From a virus (taxonomy: Duplodnaviria; Caudoviricetes), in IMG/VR virus record IMGVR_UViG_3300027757_000008, positions 1-53,394 of that record: a DNA stretch of 53,394 nucleotides. One strand, written 5' to 3'. Each line of letters opens with the position of its first letter. The first letter of the stretch is position 1. Below the pieces are notes generated by a model, which had not been told where the DNA came from, made no database searches, and saw only the letters and a program-made list of their open reading frames with translations. Made by a program: the position numbers and the translations under genes. Shown here in pieces: positions 45,469 through 53,394 of the stretch.

Positions 45469-46044
45469 ATGTCTAAATTTCAAGACCGAGTAATCGCTGT
45501 TCAGCAGTCGCTGAAAGCGCCTAAATCGCAATACAACTCCTTCGGGAAGTATTCGTACCGCAACCAAGAAGACATCCTGGAAGCAGTTAAACCACTCCTC
45601 GCCGCAAACGGCTTGGTGTTAACCATCAGTGACCACGTTACTGAATTTGTAGGCGTAGCGGTCATCACCGCAACGGCCTGCCTAACCGATGGTACCGACT
45701 CCGTAATTGTGAGCGCACAAGCCGGGGTCGACCTCAACCGAAAGGGTATGGACATTGCGCAGTCATTCGGCGCGTCCTCATCCTACGCTCGTAAGTATGC
45801 ACTCAACGGCCTGTTTCTCATTGATGACACGAAGGACGCTGATGCTACCAACACTCACGGCAAAAACGCTCCCGCTGTGACAGCGGCGGCAACCAAGGCA
45901 TCTGCCGACGATGACACGTTCGCCAAAGCCATTGACTACATTAAGAACAGCAAGAGCGCACCACAAGCGGTCGAGATGGTCTTGAGCAAGTACGGCTCGA
46001 CGTTCACCGAGAAGCAGATTACTGCAATCAAAAAGTTCGCGTAA
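45469..46044 (+). CDS. erf: ERF-family single-strand annealing protein, 191 aa
   Basis: LKAPKSQYNSFGKY.YR..EDILEAVKPLL; AQ.FGASSSYARKYALNGLFLIDDTKDAD. Confidence 0.9.
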   Translation: MSKFQDRVIAVQQSLKAPKSQYNSFGKYSYRNQEDILEAVKPLLAANGLVLTISDHVTEFVGVAVITATACLTDGTDSVIVSAQAGVDLNRKGMDIAQSFGASSSYARKYALNGLFLIDDTKDADATNTHGKNAPAVTAAATKASADDDTFAKAIDYIKNSKSAPQAVEMVLSKYGSTFTEKQITAIKKFA

Positions 46045-46868
46045 TGGACTTTGCGACAAAGTTACTTGAGGCGACCGGGAAGGGCTATGTGTCCTACTCG
46101 GCGCTCAAGTATGCCGCCGACGGCTCAAAGAGCCAGGATATGAAGTTGTTCGAGATGTATATGCTCGGGCTACTAAAGAAAGAATCCGATGCTCTTACGT
46201 TCGGCAGTTTGTATGATTGTATGCTTTTAGAGCCCGAGAAACTGCAAACTCGCTTCATCGTTCTTGATGATAGTGATGTTATTCTTGAGTTGGGAAGCAC
46301 ATACAAAAATCCAAGGTCATCAAACCCATACAAAGAATGGAAGAAAGAGCAAGAGGAGAAAGTCCGACAGCACAATCTTACCATTGTATCAAAAGATGAC
46401 TGGGTTACTGCAGAGCGTATGATTGAACGACTGAACAATAGCGAGGTCATCAATCACGAAACGGGCGAACTAACGCCCGTTAAGCACTACCTGACCGGAA
46501 CTACACAACACGAGATTAACGCCTGGATTGGTGATGTTCCTGTACGCGGTTTCTTGGACTGCTATTCCAAAGAGCACGGCTTCATAGCCGACTCAAAGAG
46601 TACGCGCTCCATTCACGGATTCCGATATGACGTAGGCAACTTTTGCTACGATATTCAGGCCTACATTTACACGCAGGTTCTTGGGACAAATGAGTTCTAT
46701 TGGGTAGTCCAAGAGAAATCATCCCCATATCTGTGTGGTGTGTACCGCGCCTCCGACCGCTCCCTCGCATCGGGCGAAGAGAAGTTTTGGACGGCAATCG
46801 CAAATATTAACAAATGGCTAAACAACGGCGCACGAACTGAAACGTTTGCCTTGTATGGCGAAATCTAA
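46044..46868 (+). CDS. PD-(D/E)XK exonuclease (RecE/DUF3799-like), 274 aa
   Basis: SYSALK, AL.FGS..DC..LEP, RGFLD...IADSKST, YDIQAYIY, F.WVVQEK..PY; coupled to erf. Confidence 0.8.
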   Translation: MDFATKLLEATGKGYVSYSALKYAADGSKSQDMKLFEMYMLGLLKKESDALTFGSLYDCMLLEPEKLQTRFIVLDDSDVILELGSTYKNPRSSNPYKEWKKEQEEKVRQHNLTIVSKDDWVTAERMIERLNNSEVINHETGELTPVKHYLTGTTQHEINAWIGDVPVRGFLDCYSKEHGFIADSKSTRSIHGFRYDVGNFCYDIQAYIYTQVLGTNEFYWVVQEKSSPYLCGVYRASDRSLASGEEKFWTAIANINKWLNNGARTETFALYGEI

Positions 46869-46869
46869 T

Positions 46870-47244
46870 CAAATGAGATTACTATCCAATATCATCTCAA
46901 TGTTCCGCCCAAAGCGAAAGCGCGGACTGCAGTCAGTAGCGGACACGTTCAAAGCCGCCGAGCGCGGCTTAAATGTGGACTTACGAAACTCCTCCAATCG
47001 TGAGGCAGTAGAAACGAGGCAACTCGTTGTCAATGTGATTATGCTTGGTCGTAATATGACCCCAACCGAACTACACCGAGAGTTGACAAGCGCCGGTATA
47101 ACGGGGACGGGATTGAGCCGACGCAGTTTGGCTTTTTACAAAAGCCGTCACGAGGACGCAATAAACGGGAAGACCGAGGAGGTCGCGCGATATGCCCTTA
47201 AGTATCGCCGAGTAGCAGAAGCAATTAATGAATCTTTCAATTAA
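46870..47244 (+). CDS. Putative helix-turn-helix DNA-binding protein
   Basis: REAVETRQ pattern resembling the DnaA C-terminal domain; start uncertain. Confidence 0.4.
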   Translation, partial: QMRLLSNIISMFRPKRKRGLQSVADTFKAAERGLNVDLRNSSNREAVETRQLVVNVIMLGRNMTPTELHRELTSAGITGTGLSRRSLAFYKSRHEDAINGKTEEVARYALKYRRVAEAINESFN

Positions 47245-47250
47245 ATCAAA

Positions 47251-47517
47251 ATGGAAAAGAAAGTTTATGTAGGCCGTGTAGAAGTAAAAGAAGGTAAATA
47301 CGGCGAGTTAATATCAGTAGCGTTAGGCCCACAGGATTTTGAGAAACTTGAAGCGGCAAAGAACGAACGCGGATGGGTTAACCTGAACTGGAAGCAGTCA
47401 AAAGAAGGCGGCTACTATATGGAGGTCTATCAAGGCGGCGGTGCCGGAAACGGCGCAAAGGCGTCAAACACCAAAGCCGCGTTTACACAACCACAGGGCA
47501 CTGACTTACCATTCTAA
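47251..47517 (+). CDS. Small SSB-like protein, 88 aa
   Basis: Beta-rich core (K.YVG...GWVNL...Y.EV), flexible tail, C-terminal DLPF. Confidence 0.65.
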   Translation: MEKKVYVGRVEVKEGKYGELISVALGPQDFEKLEAAKNERGWVNLNWKQSKEGGYYMEVYQGGGAGNGAKASNTKAAFTQPQGTDLPF

Positions 47518-47954
47518 TGGATTTCAGTCAGTTCATTTGCGCTTTCGCTATGAACGAAACAATCCGAAAGGGAGGCACTTCTTGGGAGTGCTTCCCGGAC
47601 GGGTTTGTGGTGATGAAAGGAGATGCGAGTATTGATTACTCGTTTGCCTGCTTGGACGTTAAAGCAGAAGTTGAGGTTCCACGATTGAACCTAAATGCAA
47701 AATGTTCTTTACTATTCTTCCCAAGCAAAAGAGGCGACAACGTAGTCATACTTATGAACGACTACCTCAAGACAATCATTGAGGCTGACGACTCCGGGAC
47801 TCCAATTCTTCACCTAACAAAGTTAGATAAATCAAAAATCTTATTTGCTGATAAATATGAAACAGGGACGTATGATTTACGATATGAAGGTGAAAGTTCA
47901 ATACAAAAAGAACAAGACGTGGTTCACCACAATTGCGGAAATAGTCAGTGTTAG
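47517..47954 (+). CDS. Hypothetical protein, 145 aa
   Basis: ORF track; stop/start overlap. Confidence 0.5.
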   Translation: MDFSQFICAFAMNETIRKGGTSWECFPDGFVVMKGDASIDYSFACLDVKAEVEVPRLNLNAKCSLLFFPSKRGDNVVILMNDYLKTIIEADDSGTPILHLTKLDKSKILFADKYETGTYDLRYEGESSIQKEQDVVHHNCGNSQC

Positions 47955-48120
47955 AGATAGCGCACACGAATTATCATCCGAAAAAGCGACAGCCGCAACG
48001 CTTAAATCGCAGGTATTTGCTAGAACCAGTGCCGCCTTCAATCAAAGTGATAATTTTAGAATCCTAGAGGTTCTTGAAAAGAAAGCAATTTCTCGCTCGT
48101 TTTTCTACCTTGAATCATAA
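47884..48120 (+). CDS. Hypothetical protein, ~78 aa
   Basis: ORF track; start uncertain. Confidence 0.45.
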   Translation: MKVKVQYKKNKTWFTTIAEIVSVRDSAHELSSEKATAATLKSQVFARTSAAFNQSDNFRILEVLEKKAISRSFFYLES

Positions 48121-48719
48121 TGAAGCAAGTAGGGATTCCCGAGTACCTAAAAAACTATGCGCACGACCTAACTCAAAAGAGAGTTGAGGTAAACAAAGAG
48201 AGGTACCAGGGAACGCCAAAACAGCGCAGAGGAACACTTGATTCCGCCCTATTCGGCGGAGAGGTAGACCGAGAGTATTACACCGATTATATCGGGATTC
48301 TCGCAGAACTACTAACAAGGCACTACTACGAAATAACTCCGCAGTACTCATCATATTCGGTGTCTACATTTATCAAAAAGCATTCAACCGCTGTAGCAGA
48401 CCCCGACTTGATTGTAACCAAGCAAGGAGAAGAACTGAAGATATCAATAAAGGCTTGTGAAAAATCGCTCAAGGCGAACAAGCACACTATGGACAAAGAA
48501 ACGTCCGATATAGTTGTCTTCATCTTGTTTCAGTCACCAACGGAATACATCGTAGCACACTTCACGCCAAGTGAAGTTACACAATGGCCAATAAAGTTTG
48601 GCTACACACCATACTACAACTTAACATTAAAGCAATTGAGGGATGGATATCACCCAAACACAGGAGGACATCAATCGCATAATGAAGGCGACGCGCGACC
48701 TACTGATTCAAAAGAATAG
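48120..48719 (+). CDS. Putative restriction-endonuclease-fold protein, 199 aa
   Basis: GILAE...DPDL...ISIK pattern resembling PD-(D/E)XK. Confidence 0.45.
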   Translation: MKQVGIPEYLKNYAHDLTQKRVEVNKERYQGTPKQRRGTLDSALFGGEVDREYYTDYIGILAELLTRHYYEITPQYSSYSVSTFIKKHSTAVADPDLIVTKQGEELKISIKACEKSLKANKHTMDKETSDIVVFILFQSPTEYIVAHFTPSEVTQWPIKFGYTPYYNLTLKQLRDGYHPNTGGHQSHNEGDARPTDSKE

Positions 48720-48984
48720 GCAGTACGGAGATAGCGCACTGAATCCGCTAAATGTTTTTGGAACCGATGACGCAGTCATAAATCTTGGCGCCCGTATGGA
48801 CGACAAGTTGATGCGCCTTCGTGGCCAGGGCATTGGAGCGCAAAGCGTTGACACGCTTTTCGACCTGCAGGGATACATAACCCTATTGCTTATCGCCATT
48901 GAGCGACGCGATGGAGTTGTGTCTACCGATATGACAATTAATGATGAGTCTAACACTCGTAAAATAATTCAAGATGCCCAATAG
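48643..48984 (+). CDS. Nucleotide-modification-associated domain 1 (DUF1599-like) protein, 113 aa
   Basis: KN..YGDSA...RMDDKL.R...DTL.DL.GY..L. Confidence 0.75.
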   Translation: MDITQTQEDINRIMKATRDLLIQKNRQYGDSALNPLNVFGTDDAVINLGARMDDKLMRLRGQGIGAQSVDTLFDLQGYITLLLIAIERRDGVVSTDMTINDESNTRKIIQDAQ

Positions 48985-49231
48985 AGTTAGATGCCGAAAT
49001 TGCGCCAAGTGCGCCGCAGTAAAAGAGCAAACCGACGCCCTCCTCAAAGAGGCCGCGGCCCTCTTCGCCAACGAAGGCAAAGACAGCACTCAAGAGGAGT
49101 TAAACGAGGCCTATAGAAAGGAACACGAGTTGATGCTAAAGATTGCAGAACTCGACCCCGAACTTGGAGCAACTTTATTACAATACAGCAATGAAACTGA
49201 CACTGAAAGACCTGCAGAGATTTCTGAGTGA
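48974..49231 (+). CDS. Hypothetical protein, 85 aa
   Basis: ORF track; D.LL...A.L....G.DST pattern. Confidence 0.5.
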   Translation: MPNRVRCRNCAKCAAVKEQTDALLKEAAALFANEGKDSTQEELNEAYRKEHELMLKIAELDPELGATLLQYSNETDTERPAEISE

Positions 49232-49859
49232 TGACACGTTCTATCACTTTGTAGCCCGTAAGCACGGATGCTTCATCAAAGATGAAGATGACCTTTCGGA
49301 GGTTCGTTACAAGGCTATTGCCGGAGTGTTAAGCCGCTATAATGCTGAGTTTGAGTATGAAGACGAGAAGCACCTATACTCATCTGTTGAGATGACCGTT
49401 TGGAACGCAATACGTACGATGCTCAAGAGCAAGACTCTTCAAAAAAACAACCTACCAATCGACTCAGAATGCACCCTTTTAAGAGGTGATGGTGACGAGC
49501 AGTGGTCTTTGTATGAAGTTAATGCAATCTCCGAAAGCAAAGAGTATGACAACACTCTTCAGTGGCTTATGAGTTCCGCGGAGAAAAAGTTGGACACAAT
49601 ACAAATGTTTGTCCTAAACAAAACCGTAGAGGGATTTACCATTCCAGAGATTGCAGAAGAGTTAGAATGCTCTGCAGAGAACGTTCGTCAGCGCCTGAGA
49701 GTAATTATTAGACAATTAAAAAACATTTCCGATGCTGAAAAAGGAGAGATTCAATATCCTGTGCGAAGAATACGCGCGGCTGTCAAGCGTGAATCCGTTA
49801 GAGCGCACAAGGCGGCACCTGAACGTCGTAGCGCGGCAAGTGATTTCCTTAATTCTTAA
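49191..49859 (+). CDS. Sigma-70/ECF-like factor or region-4 HTH regulator
   Basis: C-terminal LD..Q.FVL.....GFTIPEIAEELECSAENVRQRL region-4 HTH; N-terminal EDD...V..KAI region-2-like segment. Confidence 0.65.
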   Translation: MKLTLKDLQRFLSDDTFYHFVARKHGCFIKDEDDLSEVRYKAIAGVLSRYNAEFEYEDEKHLYSSVEMTVWNAIRTMLKSKTLQKNNLPIDSECTLLRGDGDEQWSLYEVNAISESKEYDNTLQWLMSSAEKKLDTIQMFVLNKTVEGFTIPEIAEELECSAENVRQRLRVIIRQLKNISDAEKGEIQYPVRRIRAAVKRESVRAHKAAPERRSAASDFLNS

Positions 49860-50154
49860 GAAGAAACTTGGACTTTCTGAATATGCAATTGCGCTTCTCG
49901 TAGAGATAGACCGCAGTAACGTATACCATTGCATTACAACTGCGAAAGAACAAATAGACATCGGGCGGCTCGAATACATCGAGTCGCTTGAGTACTGGCA
50001 GGAAGCCCTTGGTGTTGTTCCGCTTGACGGAACTACCAACTTCGTGTTCGCCCTTCATAAGTTCATTGATACATATGCAGAAGCGAATAAAATCACGAAT
50101 GAAGAATTGATTGAGGCACTTAAACACGAACTACAGAATCGCAACAATGGCTGA
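49732..50154 (+). CDS. DnaA C-terminal-like HTH protein, 140 aa
   Basis: RTRR...VVARQV...IL....GLS...IA.L.E.DRSNVYH. Confidence 0.65.
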   Translation: MLKKERFNILCEEYARLSSVNPLERTRRHLNVVARQVISLILKKKLGLSEYAIALLVEIDRSNVYHCITTAKEQIDIGRLEYIESLEYWQEALGVVPLDGTTNFVFALHKFIDTYAEANKITNEELIEALKHELQNRNNG

Positions 50155-51997
50155 CCCAATTGTAACTATGTTCAAATCCGTGTTCGACACGGAGAACCCA
50201 CACCACGTTCCACTGAGCGTGGCCCTTGAGCGCATCCAAACCGGCAAGAATAAGCAGATAATTGACGCTGTTCGAGCGGGTGACAAGCGCAAAAAGAATG
50301 ACCTTCCTGTGGTTTTGTTCAGCGGCAAGTTCAACCGCCGCGCCGACGTTGATTTGGTTGAGCACAACGGAATTATTGTTTGTGACTTTGACCACGTTGA
50401 CGTAGCCAAAACAAAGGAATCCTTGGCTAAGGATGAGTACGTAATTGCCTGTTGGACTTCACCGTCGGGAGATGGCGTAAAGGCATTGGTACAAATCGAA
50501 GACACCAACAAGCACAAGGAGCATTTCTCTGCGATGGTTGAGTACTTTCGCGAGTCGTATGGTCTAGAACTAGACCCATCAGGACGAAACATTTCTCGCG
50601 CCTGCTATGAATCGTACGACCCGGATTTAATCGCAGAGGAGCGAGTCACAAAGTTCTCCAACGTCCACAAGGAGGAACGCGTGGAGTTGCCCGAACCATC
50701 AGTCCCCCGTGATGGAGTAAAGGTCGACTACACGAAGTTACAGGTGGCTGCGAATATGATTCGCAATGCCAAAGACGGCGAGAAGCATAACACACTGATA
50801 CGAGCGGCCAGGCTTATGGGCGGATACATCGGAAGTGGTATGCTTAATGAGGAGCAGGTCATCCAGGTTTTGGTTGACGAAATTTCTCGACGTGATGTCG
50901 ACGACCTCGAACTCGCCAAAAAGACGATTATGGATGGAATCAATCAAGGCAAGTTGTTACCAATTTCCGAGATTGACTCTGACTACTATGACGAAAGACG
51001 AAAGATGGAGTTGGCCGACGGCGACAACCTGTCGTACTTGAGCGACGAAGATGATGACCTGTCCGAGATTATGAAGATTAAGCGAGGAGAGGTTGAGTTG
51101 GGACTCAAGACCGGTCACGACGACATTGATAAGTACTTCCGTTATAAGCGGGGTTCATTCGTAATTGTCAACGGGCACTCGTCGGTAGGTAAGACGACGT
51201 TGGTATTGCATCTTATGATTAATGCCGCAATTCGCCACGGATGGAAGTGGTTCGTGTATTCTTCCGAGAGCAAGACGTCAACCATCAAGACGCGTATGAT
51301 TGAGTATGCATCGCAGATGCTACTCCAAGATATGAACGAGCATCAAATCCTGTACTACTACAAATGGATTAACGAGCATTTCAGTTTCCTTTCAAACAAG
51401 AGAAACTACTCGTACATCGACGTACTGCTATACGCAGAAAAGGAGATGAAGCGCAGGAAGTATGATGCCCTGTTCATTGACCCATACAACTCTCTTGTGA
51501 TGGACAAGAACGGCTCTGCGGGATTCAATGCACACCACTACAACTACGAAGCGGCATCAGCGATGCTAACGTTTTGTCAAACCACCGGCGTTAGCCTGTG
51601 GCTAAACACTCACGCCAATACCGCGGCACAGCGCAAGAAGGGTGATGACCATCACTCAGTTGCGCCGTACGCTGAAGACAGCGAGGGTGGTTCGCTCTTC
51701 CTTAACCGATGTGACATCTTCTTGACGTTCCACCGAAAGATTCAACACGAGAATGAATCTATTCGCAGAACAATGGAGATGCACGTACGCAAGGTCCGCG
51801 AACAGGAGAGTGGCGGGAGACCAACGGCCTCCGACAACCCTGTACGCTTTGAGATGAACAGTGACTCTACTGCATTTTACGTCAATGGAGGTAAGCGATT
51901 CTTCGATTCGGTAAACCAGACTGCGACCAACGAGCAGGTTCAAGTTTCTATGAACGTCAGTCCAAATCCGTTTGAGAAATTAGAGGACATTTTTTAA
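50147..51997 (+). CDS. Primase-helicase fusion (VirE-N/BT4734-like primase plus DnaB-like SF4 helicase)
   Basis: K..LP...FSG.F, CDFD, W.SPSG.GVK, D.SG.NISR.CY.SYDP; Walker A GHSSVGKT; Walker B LFIDPYN; KVRE...GG.PT. Confidence 0.85.
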   Translation: MADPIVTMFKSVFDTENPHHVPLSVALERIQTGKNKQIIDAVRAGDKRKKNDLPVVLFSGKFNRRADVDLVEHNGIIVCDFDHVDVAKTKESLAKDEYVIACWTSPSGDGVKALVQIEDTNKHKEHFSAMVEYFRESYGLELDPSGRNISRACYESYDPDLIAEERVTKFSNVHKEERVELPEPSVPRDGVKVDYTKLQVAANMIRNAKDGEKHNTLIRAARLMGGYIGSGMLNEEQVIQVLVDEISRRDVDDLELAKKTIMDGINQGKLLPISEIDSDYYDERRKMELADGDNLSYLSDEDDDLSEIMKIKRGEVELGLKTGHDDIDKYFRYKRGSFVIVNGHSSVGKTTLVLHLMINAAIRHGWKWFVYSSESKTSTIKTRMIEYASQMLLQDMNEHQILYYYKWINEHFSFLSNKRNYSYIDVLLYAEKEMKRRKYDALFIDPYNSLVMDKNGSAGFNAHHYNYEAASAMLTFCQTTGVSLWLNTHANTAAQRKKGDDHHSVAPYAEDSEGGSLFLNRCDIFLTFHRKIQHENESIRRTMEMHVRKVREQESGGRPTASDNPVRFEMNSDSTAFYVNGGKRFFDSVNQTATNEQVQVSMNVSPNPFEKLEDIF

Positions 51998-52037
51998 CAG
52001 CGCTTGTTTAAATGTCATTTTTTCTAAACTTATGTAG

Positions 52038-52490
52038 GTGAAACGGAAACCCACACCAAGCCGAAAAACAGGCGCCGTAAGGAGTAAGAAGGCTAAAGTC
52101 GACGGAATCGACTTTGCCTCTTCTCTTGAGGCTTACTGCTACAGCAAGTTAAAAGAAAACAGATTAGAATTCCAGTACGAAGGAGAGTCTTTTGTAGTTT
52201 TTGATGGGTTTAGGTTTTTAGGAACGTACAAGAAAGCCACAGCAGGGAAGAAAGAGATGGTTGATAATGGAGGCAAGGTAGTTAGGTCAATAACATACAC
52301 TCCCGATTTTGTATCGCACAAGCATAAATTTATCATCGAAACAAAAGGGTTTGTCCCAAGCAACCACTCTTTCCCTCTGAGGTTTAAGTTGTTCTTAAAA
52401 TACTTAAACGACAACGGGATGGGAAATTACTCAGTTTACTTACCAAAGAACAGGTCACAGGTTGACCAAGCAATATCTGACATAAAATGA
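52038..52490 (+). CDS. T7 endonuclease I-like/DUF1064 nuclease (candidate resolvase), 150 aa
   Basis: VDGI.FAS.LE...YE...ITYTPDF...IIETKG. Confidence 0.75.
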   Translation: MKRKPTPSRKTGAVRSKKAKVDGIDFASSLEAYCYSKLKENRLEFQYEGESFVVFDGFRFLGTYKKATAGKKEMVDNGGKVVRSITYTPDFVSHKHKFIIETKGFVPSNHSFPLRFKLFLKYLNDNGMGNYSVYLPKNRSQVDQAISDIK

Positions 52491-52738
52491 ATAGAATCTC
52501 AACACGCGAGGAAATGCAAAAGTTCCAAGCAAAGATGATGAACGGGATGTACAACTCATTAGATGAGTTTGTTGAGCGAATCAACTCACACCAGGGCACT
52601 GACATAGATGACTACCACAAGGCATTTAGAAACTTGGCCCGGCAGATGCGGGTGTATCAAGATGGAATCCTTGAGTCGTTTCGTGAACTACACCACGACC
52701 TGTACAATGGCGACGATGAGGCTCATAATGAGTCATAA
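52487..52738 (+). CDS. Hypothetical helical protein, 83 aa
   Basis: ATGA overlap with the upstream gene. Confidence 0.55.
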   Translation: MNRISTREEMQKFQAKMMNGMYNSLDEFVERINSHQGTDIDDYHKAFRNLARQMRVYQDGILESFRELHHDLYNGDDEAHNES

Positions 52739-53003
52739 AAAAAACAAATACGGCTCAAAGTGTAAAGTAAATGAGCCACAAAGTGTCAAGTGTTGAGCCA
52801 ATTATTGCGCATCGCGATACGCGATATTGTATGACTAAACATATAAAATGCAGTAATTCGGATATTGTCCGAGTAAATGCATATAGTTTTGACAAGATGT
52901 GCAGTAAAACGCACTTTAGGAGTGCAAAGTTTAAAATTGAGCAATGATTTATACTAATAGTGCAACTTATGGCACATTATTAAACCTTTAACACCAACGA
53001 GAA

Positions 53004-53246
53004 ATGAATGAGGTTGACATCTTTATCAATCGTATGAAGCGTATCGGTATTGAACTTGAGTTAATGGGCAATATACCTTGGATTTACTTACACAAAGTAA
53101 ATGGTAATAGGGTACAACCTGAAGATTATAATGCTAATCACGGTTACACTATTGCTTGGTACCCTGTTAGAGTGGACCAAAAGATACATCTTGATAGTGA
53201 TTTGAAAAGAACCTTTGAAGTAATTAGAAAATACAAAAACCTTTAA
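53004..53246 (+). CDS. Hypothetical protein in a repeat-bounded cassette, 80 aa
   Basis: Starts at the ATG of repeat 1 and stops inside repeat 2; GN.PWIYL.KVNG..V motif. Confidence 0.7.
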   Translation: MNEVDIFINRMKRIGIELELMGNIPWIYLHKVNGNRVQPEDYNANHGYTIAWYPVRVDQKIHLDSDLKRTFEVIRKYKNL

Positions 53247-53268
53247 CACCAAATAGAAATGGCAAAAT

Positions 53269-53365
53269 AGTCAGGTGGCGGATTGGGTAGACGCTAAAAC
53301 GGTAATAGTCACGTAGATTACCATAGTTTAAAACGTACGAACAGGTTCGATTCCTGTCCTGACTA
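53269..53365 (+). tRNA. Atypical tRNA-like gene (97 nt; anticodon not assignable)
   Basis: Acceptor AGTCAGG/CCTGACT+A; D arm TGGCGGATTGGGTAGACGC; T arm ACAGG-TTCGATT-CCTGT; anticodon arm replaced by an extended stem with GGTAAT/ATTACC and a 10-nt loop. Confidence 0.7.
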
Positions 53366-53394
53366 CAAGCCTTTAACACCAAAGAGAAATGAAA

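Larger units (their letters stand above)
52985..53391 (+). repeat. Three copies of a 22-bp repeat CCTTTAACACCAAnnAGAAATG (52985, 53240, 53370)
   Basis: Read directly; each copy ends in ATG and bounds one gene or RNA element. Confidence 0.85.

Noticed and set aside
52985-53391. CRISPR array
   Set aside because: Spacings of 255 and 130 bp are unequal and contain whole genes; the repeat is not palindromic; no cas genes
1-53394. Stop-codon reassignment as in some crAss-like phages
   Set aside because: Hallmark genes (terminase, portal, MCP, fibres) are full length in the standard code, and no suppressor tRNA is identifiable

Overview
A 53.4-kb segment of a lytic dsDNA phage infecting Bacteroidota (crAss-like/Cellulophaga-Flavobacterium podovirus-type gene set, standard genetic code). 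The host assignment rests on many TAnnTTTG (-7) / TTTG (-33) promoters and the lack of Shine-Dalgarno sites. Left arm (1-35.4 kb, mostly minus strand), late/structural genes: partial giant virion protein, ejection proteins, tail stabilisation and ring proteins, major capsid protein, scaffold, a plus-strand amidase island, two modular S74-chaperone tail fibres, portal, large terminase and a tandem-GroES co-chaperonin. Centre (36.0-37.6 kb): non-coding, with a probable genome-end region, a strong early promoter and a ~570-nt highly structured leader RNA. Right arm (37.6-53.4 kb, plus strand): small early genes, then lysozyme-like, ThyX, ERF, exonuclease, SSB-like, sigma-like, primase-helicase and endonuclease genes. 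The most unusual signal is an RNA-level processing system in the early operon. It comprises the large structured leader ending in a tRNA-like domain, two covarying type I hammerhead ribozymes flanking one gene (a 331-nt excisable, potentially circularisable RNA), a tRNA minihelix, and an identical hairpin downstream of two of these predicted processing sites. Also seen: a gene-32-like pseudoknot and boxA-like site before erf, a covarying hairpin element present twice 32 kb apart, a 22-bp repeat-bounded cassette array carrying an atypical tRNA-like gene, and apparent GATC/CATG/AGCT avoidance. All product calls come from motif recognition by eye; no database search or folding program was run.
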